Shown piece by piece: positions 8,280 to 16,300 of a stretch of 32,000 nucleotides of DNA (its first letter is position 1; each line of letters starts with the position of its first letter). Source of the stretch: Ktedonobacterales bacterium (GTDB taxonomy: Bacteria > Chloroflexota > Ktedonobacteria > Ktedonobacterales > JADMIN01); assembly GCA_030167145.1 (NCBI GenBank), contig CP126532.1, positions 1,140,001 through 1,172,000 of the forward strand, in the 5' to 3' direction. The position numbers were made by a program, and so were the translations under genes. Below the pieces are notes generated by a model. That model made no database searches, was not told the origin of the DNA, and was given only the letters and a program-made list of their open reading frames with translations.

Positions 8280-8469
8280 GGTTGGTATCACCTCTTTCTG
8301 CCCAGTCGCTGCCATCGCGCATGTCGCCGGACGTCTGGGATAAGCGTGGCACAGCGACTGCGGGAAACGAAGTGAGAAGTCGCCTCAGAGACCTGGGGCG
8401 ATTTTCGTCACCCAGGGAAATTGGGGCAGAAATTGGCGACATGCAGCGGCACGCCGGGAGGTACCTATC

Positions 8470-9426
8470 ATGGCAAAGCGAGATGCGTCGTCGTCGCCCG
8501 TGGCGCGGCTGACGCGCAACCTGATCGCGACTCGCTGGCGGGGGATCGAAAACCTTGACCTCCACAACAGCAAACAAGACCCGCGCGACGTACAGGAGCT
8601 CGCGCAGCTGGCCCACGACTACTGCGTGGCGCGGGGGGTGGAGTTCGGCGATGATCGAGTCGCCGAGATCCGGTTCTTACTCCACGATGGTATAGCGGCG
8701 TATTGGGCGAAGGGTCATAAGCGAGCGGCCCAGCGCTTTCGGCGCCTCTTCTTCACGCCCTCGGAGTCGGTACCGCCGCAGACGCCGCACCAGGTCTTGA
8801 AGGAAGTCAAGGCAGAGATGGAGTTGGCGGGTGAAGATTACGCGGCGTGGCGGCGGCTCGCCTTCCCCCAGTTGGCGGCGTTCCTCATCGCTTTCGTGAC
8901 GGCGGCGCGGGAGGCGGCCGAACCGCAGCCAGCCGACATGGTGACCTACACCCCGCCGGCTGAGACGCCGCCACGGCCGCGGTCGGGCTGTGCGCGACTG
9001 GCGCTGACTGGACTTGCCGGCCTGGTGATCGCCGGCCTGGTTTTGGCGCGGCTGCTGATGGGCACCACGGCGCCACCGCACCAGGGGACAACGGCCGCGT
9101 CGGCGCAGGCGACGATCATTACCGGCATCGTCGAGTGCTCGCCCGACCCGACGAAGGCGGTCGTCGGCGTCTGGATTGTGGGGAGCAATGGTGGCTCGGG
9201 CTGGGCACACTACCAGCGGCTGCCCGGTCATCCCAACATCGCCCTGTTCGACCGCACGTTGCCGAAGGGTGGCAGCTATGTCGTGCACGTCGGCTGCGGC
9301 GGCACGCCAGCGCACTGGGAGCTGGCCCTGGGCTCGGTTACCCCCGTCTCGGATAGCGGCTACCACTTCACCTGCTACGACAGCACCGCCGACCAGAACC
9401 CGTACCTGGGGCAGTGCCGGCCGTAA
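8470..9426 (+). CDS. hypothetical single-pass membrane protein (318 aa)
   Basis: ATG ORF with a central TM (LALTGLAGLVIAGLVLARLLMG) and a Cys-containing C-terminal ecto-domain. It is followed by a clear terminator. No family recognised. Confidence 0.55.
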   Translation: MAKRDASSSPVARLTRNLIATRWRGIENLDLHNSKQDPRDVQELAQLAHDYCVARGVEFGDDRVAEIRFLLHDGIAAYWAKGHKRAAQRFRRLFFTPSESVPPQTPHQVLKEVKAEMELAGEDYAAWRRLAFPQLAAFLIAFVTAAREAAEPQPADMVTYTPPAETPPRPRSGCARLALTGLAGLVIAGLVLARLLMGTTAPPHQGTTAASAQATIITGIVECSPDPTKAVVGVWIVGSNGGSGWAHYQRLPGHPNIALFDRTLPKGGSYVVHVGCGGTPAHWELALGSVTPVSDSGYHFTCYDSTADQNPYLGQCRP

Positions 9427-9482
9427 GTGCCGTACCCGATGGTGCGCGCTCGTACCCGTCGTCCTACCGGCAAGCACGAGGA

Positions 9483-9514
9483 CCGCCCAGCTCTTTGACG
9501 AGCTGGGCGGTTTT
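9483..9514 (+). terminator. rho-independent terminator
   Basis: CCGCCCAGCTC tttgac GAGCTGGGCGG is an 11-bp perfect stem followed by TTTT, about 57 nt after the stop at 9426. Confidence 0.75.
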
Positions 9515-9558
9515 GCATGCGCTCAGCCCTCTGGGCGCCTGTTGTCGATTCCACTGCT

Positions 9559-9576
9559 TGTCACAATTCTGTGACA
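9559..9576. promoter_or_regulatory. operator-like palindrome TGTCAC-N6-GTGACA (copy 2)
   Basis: TGTCAC AATTCT GTGACA lies about 125 nt upstream of the 9701 start of the plus-strand operon. Confidence 0.55.
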
Positions 9577-9700
9577 GTGGCATAAGGATGAGTAGGGGGC
9601 ACTGAGCGAGGACGGGCCGCGGCGACGAGGTGGCTGCTCCGTCCCAGCCTCACGTAACAACGTGCCCCCACCGGTAGCACCGGAAGGAGGTAAGGATACC

Positions 9701-10009
9701 GTGAAGTTAATCGACATCTTTTACCAGCCAGCAGTGCTGGACTGCTACACGTTCGTCTTTGACGAGCACGACTCCCGGACGGGCGCCTACACCATGTTGG
9801 GCATGAGCGAAGACGGGTACGCGTTCTCGCAGTGGACGAGTGGGGTATACGAGCCAGGGGCTGCCAACGAACACTTAGGCTCGCGGGTCGTGCTCAGCGC
9901 CGTCGGGGCCGCCGCTCTCGACGGCTTTTTTCACCGCTTGAGCATCCCTGAGGAGTGGGAAGGAATTCACACCACGGTCGAGCAGATCGTGCAGGAGCGC
10001 GATGAGTGA
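9701..10009 (+). CDS. hypothetical protein (102 aa)
   Basis: In-frame GTG at 9701 within track ORF 9662..10009, preceded by GGAAGGAGG. It is the first of three overlapping small genes. Confidence 0.5.
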   Translation: MKLIDIFYQPAVLDCYTFVFDEHDSRTGAYTMLGMSEDGYAFSQWTSGVYEPGAANEHLGSRVVLSAVGAAALDGFFHRLSIPEEWEGIHTTVEQIVQERDE

Positions 10010-10451
10010 TCTGCGGGCTTCCCAGCGAATGATTCACACCCCGGAGTTCTGGCAGGCCGATGAAGCTGACCGTACCGCCCTGTTTGCGCCGTATACCAGC
10101 ATTGAAGCGGACGACGTGACGCCGGTCAACGCCTACCAACTCGGGCTACTGGCGCTGCAGGAACTGGTCCGCCTGGGGCTGGTCGTCAAGGCTCTGGCGC
10201 TGGAGGTGCCGCCGGCAGCGCCACCGCGACGGCGTGGCCGACCCCCTAAAACCCGTCCGGATAACGTGGTGATTCGGCGGGAGACCGGGCGCATTGAGGT
10301 GCTGCACCGCAAGCTCTCGGCGGCCGAGGCCCGCGCTCTGGGCAGTCGGCTACTCGAAGCGGCGGCGGCCATTGACGGCGCTTCAAACGGGACGGCACCT
10401 GATGGCTTTCCAGAGGAAGCGGATATGCCCCAGGAGATGGCGGAGCAATGA
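10002..10451 (+). CDS. hypothetical protein (149 aa) with an AT-hook-like RRRGRPPK segment
   Basis: Its ATG overlaps the previous stop (ATGAGTGA). No family recognised. Confidence 0.5.
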   Translation: MSDLRASQRMIHTPEFWQADEADRTALFAPYTSIEADDVTPVNAYQLGLLALQELVRLGLVVKALALEVPPAAPPRRRGRPPKTRPDNVVIRRETGRIEVLHRKLSAAEARALGSRLLEAAAAIDGASNGTAPDGFPEEADMPQEMAEQ

Positions 10452-10690
10452 GCGAAGCCAGCCGAACGCCTGGTACCACCCCGCTGCCGACGGTTGACGA
10501 CATTTTATTCACGCTGGAGCGACGGACCCACGTCCTTACCGCCGCGGCGCTGCACCATCCCGACATGCCGCAGGACTGGCTGGCTGAAAACATGGCACTG
10601 GCGCATGCGCTCGCGAAGACGGCGCTGCTGGAGCTGCTCGAACCGGACGGACAGGAAGGATGTATGAAGGACGCAGCGGGCGATCAGTAG
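10448..10690 (+). CDS. hypothetical protein (80 aa)
   Basis: ATGA start/stop overlap with the previous gene. Acidic and helical. No family recognised. Confidence 0.45.
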   Translation: MSEASRTPGTTPLPTVDDILFTLERRTHVLTAAALHHPDMPQDWLAENMALAHALAKTALLELLEPDGQEGCMKDAAGDQ

Positions 10691-10709
10691 CGGTCGCCAC
10701 ACCTATCGC

Positions 10710-11555
10710 ATGGAAGCAGACAATAAACTCAACTGGCAGCAGCTGATCGACGAGGCACTGACCGCGCCGGGGCACTTGGGATCGGTCTACAACCGCTTTC
10801 ACGACTACAGCCTGACCAACATGTTCCTGTTCATGATCCAGGGCGTGCGCGAGCCGGTGGCGTCCTTTTCACGGTGGAAGTCGCTCGGCCGACATGTCAT
10901 CCGTGGGGCGCGGGCGAAAGAAGTCATCGTCCCCATTATGATAAATGAGCCGAATACTGCGAAATCCGCCGAATTTGGCGGAAATACGGCTGACACTGAC
11001 AGCACCGACGAACAAAAAGGGCGCGTGGCGCGGCTGGTTGGCTTCAAAGTGGTGCGGGCGGTTTTTGCCTTATCCGACACGGATGGCCCAGACCTGCCGC
11101 CGATCCACCTGCCGACATGGGATGTCGCCACCGCGCTCACCAACCTGCACATCCGGCAAACGCCGTTCGAGAACCTAAACGGCAATGTCCAGGGATATTC
11201 GCGCGGCCGCGAGATTGCCATTAATCCCGTCGCTGTCCATCCCGCCAAGACGCTCATGCACGAGGTCGGCCACGTCGTCCTCGGGCACACCATCGCCACG
11301 CGCTTCGGCGAGTACGCGACCCACCGCGGCATCATGGAGTTTCAAGCCGAGGCCACCGCCTACCTGGCGATGAACGAGCTGGGCCAACTCGATACGGCAA
11401 CCGCCAGCCAGAGCCGCGGCTACATTCGGCACTGGCTCCGCGACGAACGACCGGGCGACCGGGAAATCCGGTTGGTCTTTAGCGCTACTGATCAGATACT
11501 GCGTGCGGGCCGGGTAGCGGTCGGCGCGACGGTTCGTGCTGACGCTCCGACGTAA
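10710..11555 (+). CDS. ardC: ArdC-like antirestriction protein (ssDNA-binding N-domain plus HExxH metalloprotease C-domain)
   Basis: N-terminal FHDYSLTNMFLFMIQ...FSRWKSLGRHVIRGARAKEVIVP matches the ArdC-N/DUF1738 signature as I recall it. The C-terminus has TLMHEVGHVVLGH (HExxH) and EFQAEATAYLAMNELG. Confidence 0.75.
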   Translation: MEADNKLNWQQLIDEALTAPGHLGSVYNRFHDYSLTNMFLFMIQGVREPVASFSRWKSLGRHVIRGARAKEVIVPIMINEPNTAKSAEFGGNTADTDSTDEQKGRVARLVGFKVVRAVFALSDTDGPDLPPIHLPTWDVATALTNLHIRQTPFENLNGNVQGYSRGREIAINPVAVHPAKTLMHEVGHVVLGHTIATRFGEYATHRGIMEFQAEATAYLAMNELGQLDTATASQSRGYIRHWLRDERPGDREIRLVFSATDQILRAGRVAVGATVRADAPT

Positions 11556-11688
11556 ACAGCTGAGCCGCCCGAAAGTCCGCGGTTTGGGTACGGACTGCGC
11601 GTTCCTGAAGCCTGTCACGTGCCGGGCGTGTATTGTCATCGACCTTCGCGCATGGATAGCGGCGGCATATCGATGATGACGCTTACAC

Positions 11689-12717
11689 CTATCTGAGTCG
11701 TTTCAGGCCGTCGTATCTTGTGTCATTGAACAGAGTCGGCTGTTCGAACGGTAACCCCGACATCTCGCTTGATATATCAACCTCGCTTGCTCCGGGCGTG
11801 TTGATACGGTCGTACACCGCATTGGCTTCCGATTCCTGGACAAAGCGTAGTGCTGAAGCGGCCAGATAGCTCTGGTCCAAATCGAACGCGAGCCACTGGC
11901 GATGAAGTCCCTCAGCCACCGCGCCGGTAGTGTTGGAGCCAGCGAAGATATCGAGGACCAGATCGCCCTCATCAGTCAGGAACTTGATGAAGAACTCCGG
12001 CAATTTGGCTGGGAAGCGCGCCGGGTGCCCGGTCGCACCGACGAGCTTGCAGAACCGTAGGTACTGCGAATTGCTTTCAGTATTGGGGATTTGCAGCAGG
12101 TTCGATGGGATCGCCCCACCATTGTCTTTATTGAAGCCTTCGCTAATGTCGTGGCCCGACGGGCGAAGTGCTGGTTCATAGTACCGCGTTTTATTGCTGA
12201 GCAATTTCGCCATGCGCGCTGAGTAGGGCACGAGCACATTGGAGACGTTGGCTTTGGGCGCGGAAGTCTTAGTGAACCACCAGAGGGTATTGACCGAGTC
12301 CTTGGCGCGAATCTTACGCTTATTGACCCACTCGATCGGCGAGGGCAGTTTCGACGAGTTATACCAGAAGAACTCCTCAGCCAGGTACCACCCCAGCTCG
12401 TCGCACATCCTCACCAGGACGCGATACTGATAAATCGATCGCACCGGTAGGCCGCTCTGGTACGCCCCACCTAAATCAAGCACAAAGCTTCCCGTCGGCT
12501 TCAAGATGCGCTTAATCTCTGGCGTGAACGACAGCAGCCAGTTGACGTATGTCGCTTGGTCTTCGTTCCCGTACGCTTTCTGGCGTTGCAGCGCAAATGG
12601 TGGCGACGTCATGACCAGATCGACTGATTCATCTGGTAGCTCGCGCATGAGATCATTAGCATCGCCACAAAAGGCCTGGCCCTGGCGTGTGGTGTAAAGT
12701 GGCTTCCGCTGCATCAC
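11689..12717 (-). CDS. beta-class DNA methyltransferase (motif IV SPPF before motif I; N4-cytosine or N6-adenine)
   Basis: VDLVMTSPPFAL (catalytic motif IV) lies near the N-terminus and DLVLDIFAGSNTTG (FxGxG SAM motif I) near the C-terminus, plus HPARFP. SPPF is typical of m4C enzymes such as the M.PvuII group. The start is GTG 12717 or ATG 12714, and either overlaps the stop of the upstream gene. Confidence 0.85.
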   Translation of the reverse strand: MMQRKPLYTTRQGQAFCGDANDLMRELPDESVDLVMTSPPFALQRQKAYGNEDQATYVNWLLSFTPEIKRILKPTGSFVLDLGGAYQSGLPVRSIYQYRVLVRMCDELGWYLAEEFFWYNSSKLPSPIEWVNKRKIRAKDSVNTLWWFTKTSAPKANVSNVLVPYSARMAKLLSNKTRYYEPALRPSGHDISEGFNKDNGGAIPSNLLQIPNTESNSQYLRFCKLVGATGHPARFPAKLPEFFIKFLTDEGDLVLDIFAGSNTTGAVAEGLHRQWLAFDLDQSYLAASALRFVQESEANAVYDRINTPGASEVDISSEMSGLPFEQPTLFNDTRYDGLKRLR

Positions 12718-14171
12718 CCGTACACCTCCAAGCCATAGACCCAGCTGGATACAATCTTCCAGAGTACCGTTGTCGCGAAATAGACCTCAAGGTCTTGGGC
12801 CTTGAGTGCCTCAAGCTCGCTGATGAATTCTTGGCTGTCACGCATGCCGAGGATATATGAAATCCACTGGCGTGCATCCTCGTCGGTGCGCGCAGTGAGC
12901 AACTCACTTATATTGAACTGCCCACTCTTGCTCAATGCCCAGGCAATGCCCGGTCGTAGCGTTGCGGAGGCGGACCCGAAGCGGTCGATGAGGTTGCCAG
13001 AGTATGCGGGTGCGAATCGCGCGAGCGCGCGTGCTGCTTCGACCCGAATGACGTCGGCAAGCTCGCCAAAAGCATTCACCAGCGACTCGATGCTAGATGG
13101 GTCGCCCAGTTCGCCGAGTGACCAGGCGGCACCAGCCCGCACCTCAGCATGTTGTGTGGGGTCGCTGAGGACGGCCTGCAGCAGGGTAATTGACGATGGC
13201 TTGTCGAGTTCAGCGAGGATGATTACCGCTTCCAGTCGGTGCTGCGGGTAGTCATCTTGCAGGCGCTGCCGGATGAAATCCCAACCTTCGGCGCGGTCAG
13301 CCCGCGCCAAGGTTGCCGCCGCTTCCATACGCACGTAAATATGCTCATCGGAGTCCTTGAGTCGATCAGTTAGGGCCGCCAATATTGGTTCGCTTGTCGG
13401 CAGGAAGCGCAGCGCTTTCGCGGCGGCGTAGCGCTCGCTGACCGATGCGCTCCGCAAGCGCCGCAGGAAATGCTCCTCGGCTGCGATCGGTGCACAGGAG
13501 AACGACGGGTGGGGCGTCACTACGGAGGCGATGATTTGATCCTCTACCACTTGCTCGCCGGCCTTTACGCTGGGCTTGACCCCTGGGCTGCGCCACCGAT
13601 AGGATACCGTTCGGTTATCGGCGGTTCGCCTGATGCGAATCGAGGAAGCATCAACTGCTAACACTATTCCGGCTGCGGCCGCAATTGTGGAAGGCCAGAT
13701 CAGTCGGCTTTCGAAGCCTTCTTGCGCACCTTTCGGCGTCGTACTCTTTACCAGTCCTGCCCTGAACGCCGTATCCATCTCGCCGACCTGGATATAGGAG
13801 ACGTTCTGATCTGCCTCCCAATCGATGGGCGCCTCGCCACGCTTATGGACGCCAACAAGGGCAACATAGTCTTGGTCGTACAGCCCGCTATTCCAAGCTC
13901 GCTCCGCATCCGCTAGGGAATGTGACATGGAGACCTCGAACTTGGTTTTGCCCCGTGACTCAACTCGCGTCCCGCACCGTATGCAGAGAATATCCGGCAC
14001 CCTAATACGCTTGATCTTGATTTCACGCCAGATTTTGAAGCTCCGAGAACCGCGCTCCAGCTCAATTGGCTGGTGACCCGCGTCGGTCAGATCAGCGAAT
14101 ACACGCTGGGTGCCGATGGCACCAATCGAGAGCTTTTCCAGAAAACTGGTGTCGGTCTTAAACGCAGGCAT
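12714..14171 (-). CDS. unusual 485-aa protein: N-terminal nuclease-like module, beta-rich middle, C-terminal HEAT (PBS-lyase-type) repeats; candidate partner of the methyltransferase
   Basis: aa 243-445 contain 5-6 repeats of about 31 aa, for example YVRMEAAATLARAD, VRAGAAWSLGELGDPSSIESLVNAF and IRVEAARALARFAP. The N-terminus has IELERG...RVPD(60)ILCIRCGTRVE(71)SRGK(75)TK, which resembles a PD-(D/E)xK layout but not strictly. Its stop overlaps the MTase start. Confidence 0.7.
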   Translation of the reverse strand: MPAFKTDTSFLEKLSIGAIGTQRVFADLTDAGHQPIELERGSRSFKIWREIKIKRIRVPDILCIRCGTRVESRGKTKFEVSMSHSLADAERAWNSGLYDQDYVALVGVHKRGEAPIDWEADQNVSYIQVGEMDTAFRAGLVKSTTPKGAQEGFESRLIWPSTIAAAAGIVLAVDASSIRIRRTADNRTVSYRWRSPGVKPSVKAGEQVVEDQIIASVVTPHPSFSCAPIAAEEHFLRRLRSASVSERYAAAKALRFLPTSEPILAALTDRLKDSDEHIYVRMEAAATLARADRAEGWDFIRQRLQDDYPQHRLEAVIILAELDKPSSITLLQAVLSDPTQHAEVRAGAAWSLGELGDPSSIESLVNAFGELADVIRVEAARALARFAPAYSGNLIDRFGSASATLRPGIAWALSKSGQFNISELLTARTDEDARQWISYILGMRDSQEFISELEALKAQDLEVYFATTVLWKIVSSWVYGLEVYG

Positions 14172-14311
14172 GTGGCTGTTATCCTACAAACAACGGCAAT
14201 GCGCCAAAACTAGCTCGTACGTATTCTAACGAATGGGGCATGTAAACCAGCGCGTTTTAGCCCAGGCAGGGTGGGCAGTGAACACATCAACTGTCAACTG
14301 TCACCACGTAG

Positions 14312-14395
14312 CCAGACGAGTTCGTGGCGCCGGTCCACAACCGCATGCCGGTTATGCGGCTGCCCGAGGATGAAGAACTCTGGTTTGACCCGGAT
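14312..14395 (+). pseudogene. relic of the 3' part of an SOS-response-associated peptidase (SRAP/YedK-like) gene
   Basis: In-frame translation PDEFVAPVHNRMPVMRLPEDEELWFDPD resembles the conserved SRAP C-terminal block (..IH.RMPVIL......WLDP). A stop lies immediately upstream (TAG 14309-14311) and no N-terminal catalytic part is present. Confidence 0.45.
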
Positions 14396-14433
14396 TGGCA
14401 CGTAAGAGCGGTGGTAGCCTTTAACCGTACCTG

Positions 14434-15594
14434 TCACTCGTCAACATCGTCTAGATCGCCCAGACCCTCAGCGCTTACGTCCGGGACTTGCTCTCGTTTT
14501 CTGTGTAGCATGGTCGGCGGTTTTACGGCATCCGGACGCACCGGTCTAGCCCGTGCTCCACTGGTAGGCAGTACCGGCTTTAGTGCCCGCTTGGAGCTCA
14601 CCTCGTAGTCAACGTAGGTCATGGGTGAGTTCAAGTAGTCGTCACTGAGCAGGCGCAAGAACTGGGTTTTGTAAGCCGTCGCATACACGAGCATCTCCTT
14701 GCCGTCGCGCTTCGTAATTTCGACGGACAAGCCACGGCGATCGATCGCCCGTCTGATGCGGGCCATCGATAGCTGCTGTACGTGGGGCAACTCGGCGAGA
14801 TCAGCGAGCTTCATTGCCATGCGCGGATCGCGTTTGCAGGCGGCCAGAAATTCGTCGAGGTTGGCGATGGGAATACGGTCTTGCAAGCTGTAGGCAACGG
14901 CTTTTGCTTCCTCTTGGACATACTCGTAGAAGCGGAATATGCGCTGGAACTTGTCCCGGTTCAGGATGAACATGTCGTCGCCCCGGCAGAGGCAGTCAAT
15001 TTGATAATCAAAGACGAACCCTGGCTCGGGCACCTCATCGTAGTAGCCGGGTTTATGGCCGCGCAACGTGGCGACCCAGCGGGTTCGGTGTAGTTGGAAA
15101 CTGTCAGTAAAGAAACGGAATGCGTGGAGGATTGGGTCGGTCGGACTATCTGCTCGCCGCAGCGAGACGACGTAGTAACGCAGTCCCGCTAGGAACTCCT
15201 TGCGTTCACGGAACGGCTCGAGATCCCAAGGGGCGGCCAGCGGCGCAATTTGGTCAGCGACGCGGTCGCCATTGGACAGCGCCAAGTGCTCCAGAACATC
15301 TTCGCTGGCACCGATACCGCCCTGATAGTCTTCGACCACGCCACCATCTTCCAGCCGGTCGAGGAGGTCGTCGAGCGTATCAGCCACTATCGTGCGAAAG
15401 CGCTGCGCCAGCGCCGGTTCTACCTGCAACTGCCGATAGGTGGTCTTGGCCGCGTCTTTCCGGGTTGACTCTTTGATAGAGGCGAAGTTTACCGTGACGC
15501 TGGCGGTCGCTAGATCGATGGCCGCAAACTCTTTGAGCAGGTTGTAATACTTCGTCTCTGGGACGAATAACCGCAGTTGTCTACTGACCATCAT
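14434..15594 (-). CDS. kwaB: KwaB-like protein (DUF4868) of a Kiwa-type defence pair
   Basis: 386 aa. Segments FVFDYQIDCLCRGDDMFILNRDKFQRIFRF and KTQFLRLLSDDYLNSPMTYVDY match my recollection of the KwaB/DUF4868 conserved blocks. Its start ATGATG overlaps the stop of the upstream 4-TM gene. The Pro/Arg-rich, acidic C-terminal tail of about 55 aa is extra. Confidence 0.65.
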   Translation of the reverse strand: MMVSRQLRLFVPETKYYNLLKEFAAIDLATASVTVNFASIKESTRKDAAKTTYRQLQVEPALAQRFRTIVADTLDDLLDRLEDGGVVEDYQGGIGASEDVLEHLALSNGDRVADQIAPLAAPWDLEPFRERKEFLAGLRYYVVSLRRADSPTDPILHAFRFFTDSFQLHRTRWVATLRGHKPGYYDEVPEPGFVFDYQIDCLCRGDDMFILNRDKFQRIFRFYEYVQEEAKAVAYSLQDRIPIANLDEFLAACKRDPRMAMKLADLAELPHVQQLSMARIRRAIDRRGLSVEITKRDGKEMLVYATAYKTQFLRLLSDDYLNSPMTYVDYEVSSKRALKPVLPTSGARARPVRPDAVKPPTMLHRKREQVPDVSAEGLGDLDDVDE

Positions 15595-16103
15595 ACACTC
15601 TCGATCCAGAGGTCGTGATCCATGCGCGCGACCTTCACGACATCATTCCGGGCGATCTCGGCCTTAGTAATGAGGTGCTGCGTTCGCCCGTTCTCGAATG
15701 TGACCTCATAGACGTGGTATCCGAGGCAGCGGAGCGTCGGGTTTATGTGCAGCATGTCGGTGCTGACGTACAAGTACGCCAAGACGAGGAAGAAGATGAC
15801 GAGCGCGACATCCTGCCTCACGTCGCGCAAGGTGAAGCCCACAAACGGAATAAGATAGGCTGCTACGTAGCCCATCACCTCGTCGCCGCGCCTGCGGTAG
15901 TCAACGACGGTCCTCGTCGCCGGTTCTACGTCGGTTTTTGCGGTATGGAGGAACCACAGCAGTCCACTGACTCCGAGCAGCAATACAGCCGCCGCGACGA
16001 TTGCCACGACGCTGTCTCTACCAGCGTAGAGTACTAAGAAGATCAGGGCAAGCGGCGCGTACGAGCTACAGAACATGACGGCGCGAGCGAAGTTGTTGAG
16101 CAT
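15591..16103 (-). CDS. kwaA: KwaA-like four-TM membrane protein
   Basis: ATG 16103 is preceded by AGGAG. Four hydrophobic helices: AVMFCSSYAPLALIFLVLY, VVAIVAAAVLLLGVSGLLWFL, VMGYVAAYLIPFVGF and VALVIFFLVLAYLYV. These are followed by a soluble tail of about 60 aa. The call rests on gene order (membrane gene then DUF4868) and the 4-nt overlap. The track start at 16277 adds a non-coding-looking leader. Confidence 0.6.
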   Translation of the reverse strand: MLNNFARAVMFCSSYAPLALIFLVLYAGRDSVVAIVAAAVLLLGVSGLLWFLHTAKTDVEPATRTVVDYRRRGDEVMGYVAAYLIPFVGFTLRDVRQDVALVIFFLVLAYLYVSTDMLHINPTLRCLGYHVYEVTFENGRTQHLITKAEIARNDVVKVARMDHDLWIESV

Positions 16104-16271
16104 GTGCCCGGCTGACTCCTGTGAGCGGTGATCCCTAGTCGCAATGGTAGCTACGACTTGCGACGGGCTTCTGGTACGTACGGCCACACCGCGAGGCGCC
16201 GTATAGGAAATCCATCCCCCTGAGCAATCGGCGACGCTGACCAACGGGCTAGTGAGGTGATCCACTCCGGC

Positions 16272-16300
16272 TGTCAACGATGCGGCTCGCCTAGTATAAT
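16272..16300 (+). promoter_or_regulatory. candidate sigma-70-type promoter of the large gene
   Basis: TGTCAA (16272-16277), a 17-nt spacer, then a perfect TATAAT (16295-16300), about 58 nt upstream of ATG 16358, in the divergent region shared with kwaA. Confidence 0.45.

Larger units (their letters stand above)
2932..11555. mobile_element. integrative, probably conjugative or mobilisable, element: minimum recognisable backbone. The true right end is unresolved and may lie far to the right or outside the window
   Basis: tRNA-like att fragment, tyrosine integrase, xis-like HTH, replication-relaxation protein, T4 coupling-protein ATPase and ArdC-like protein are contiguous. No second copy of the att core was found by eye in the window. 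Confidence 0.5.

Noticed and set aside
8677-9477. 266-aa minus-strand ORF, and 8038..8616 (192 aa)
   Set aside because: They are antisense to or overlapping the better-supported 8470..9426 and 8091..8279 genes. They are Arg-rich with low-complexity composition.
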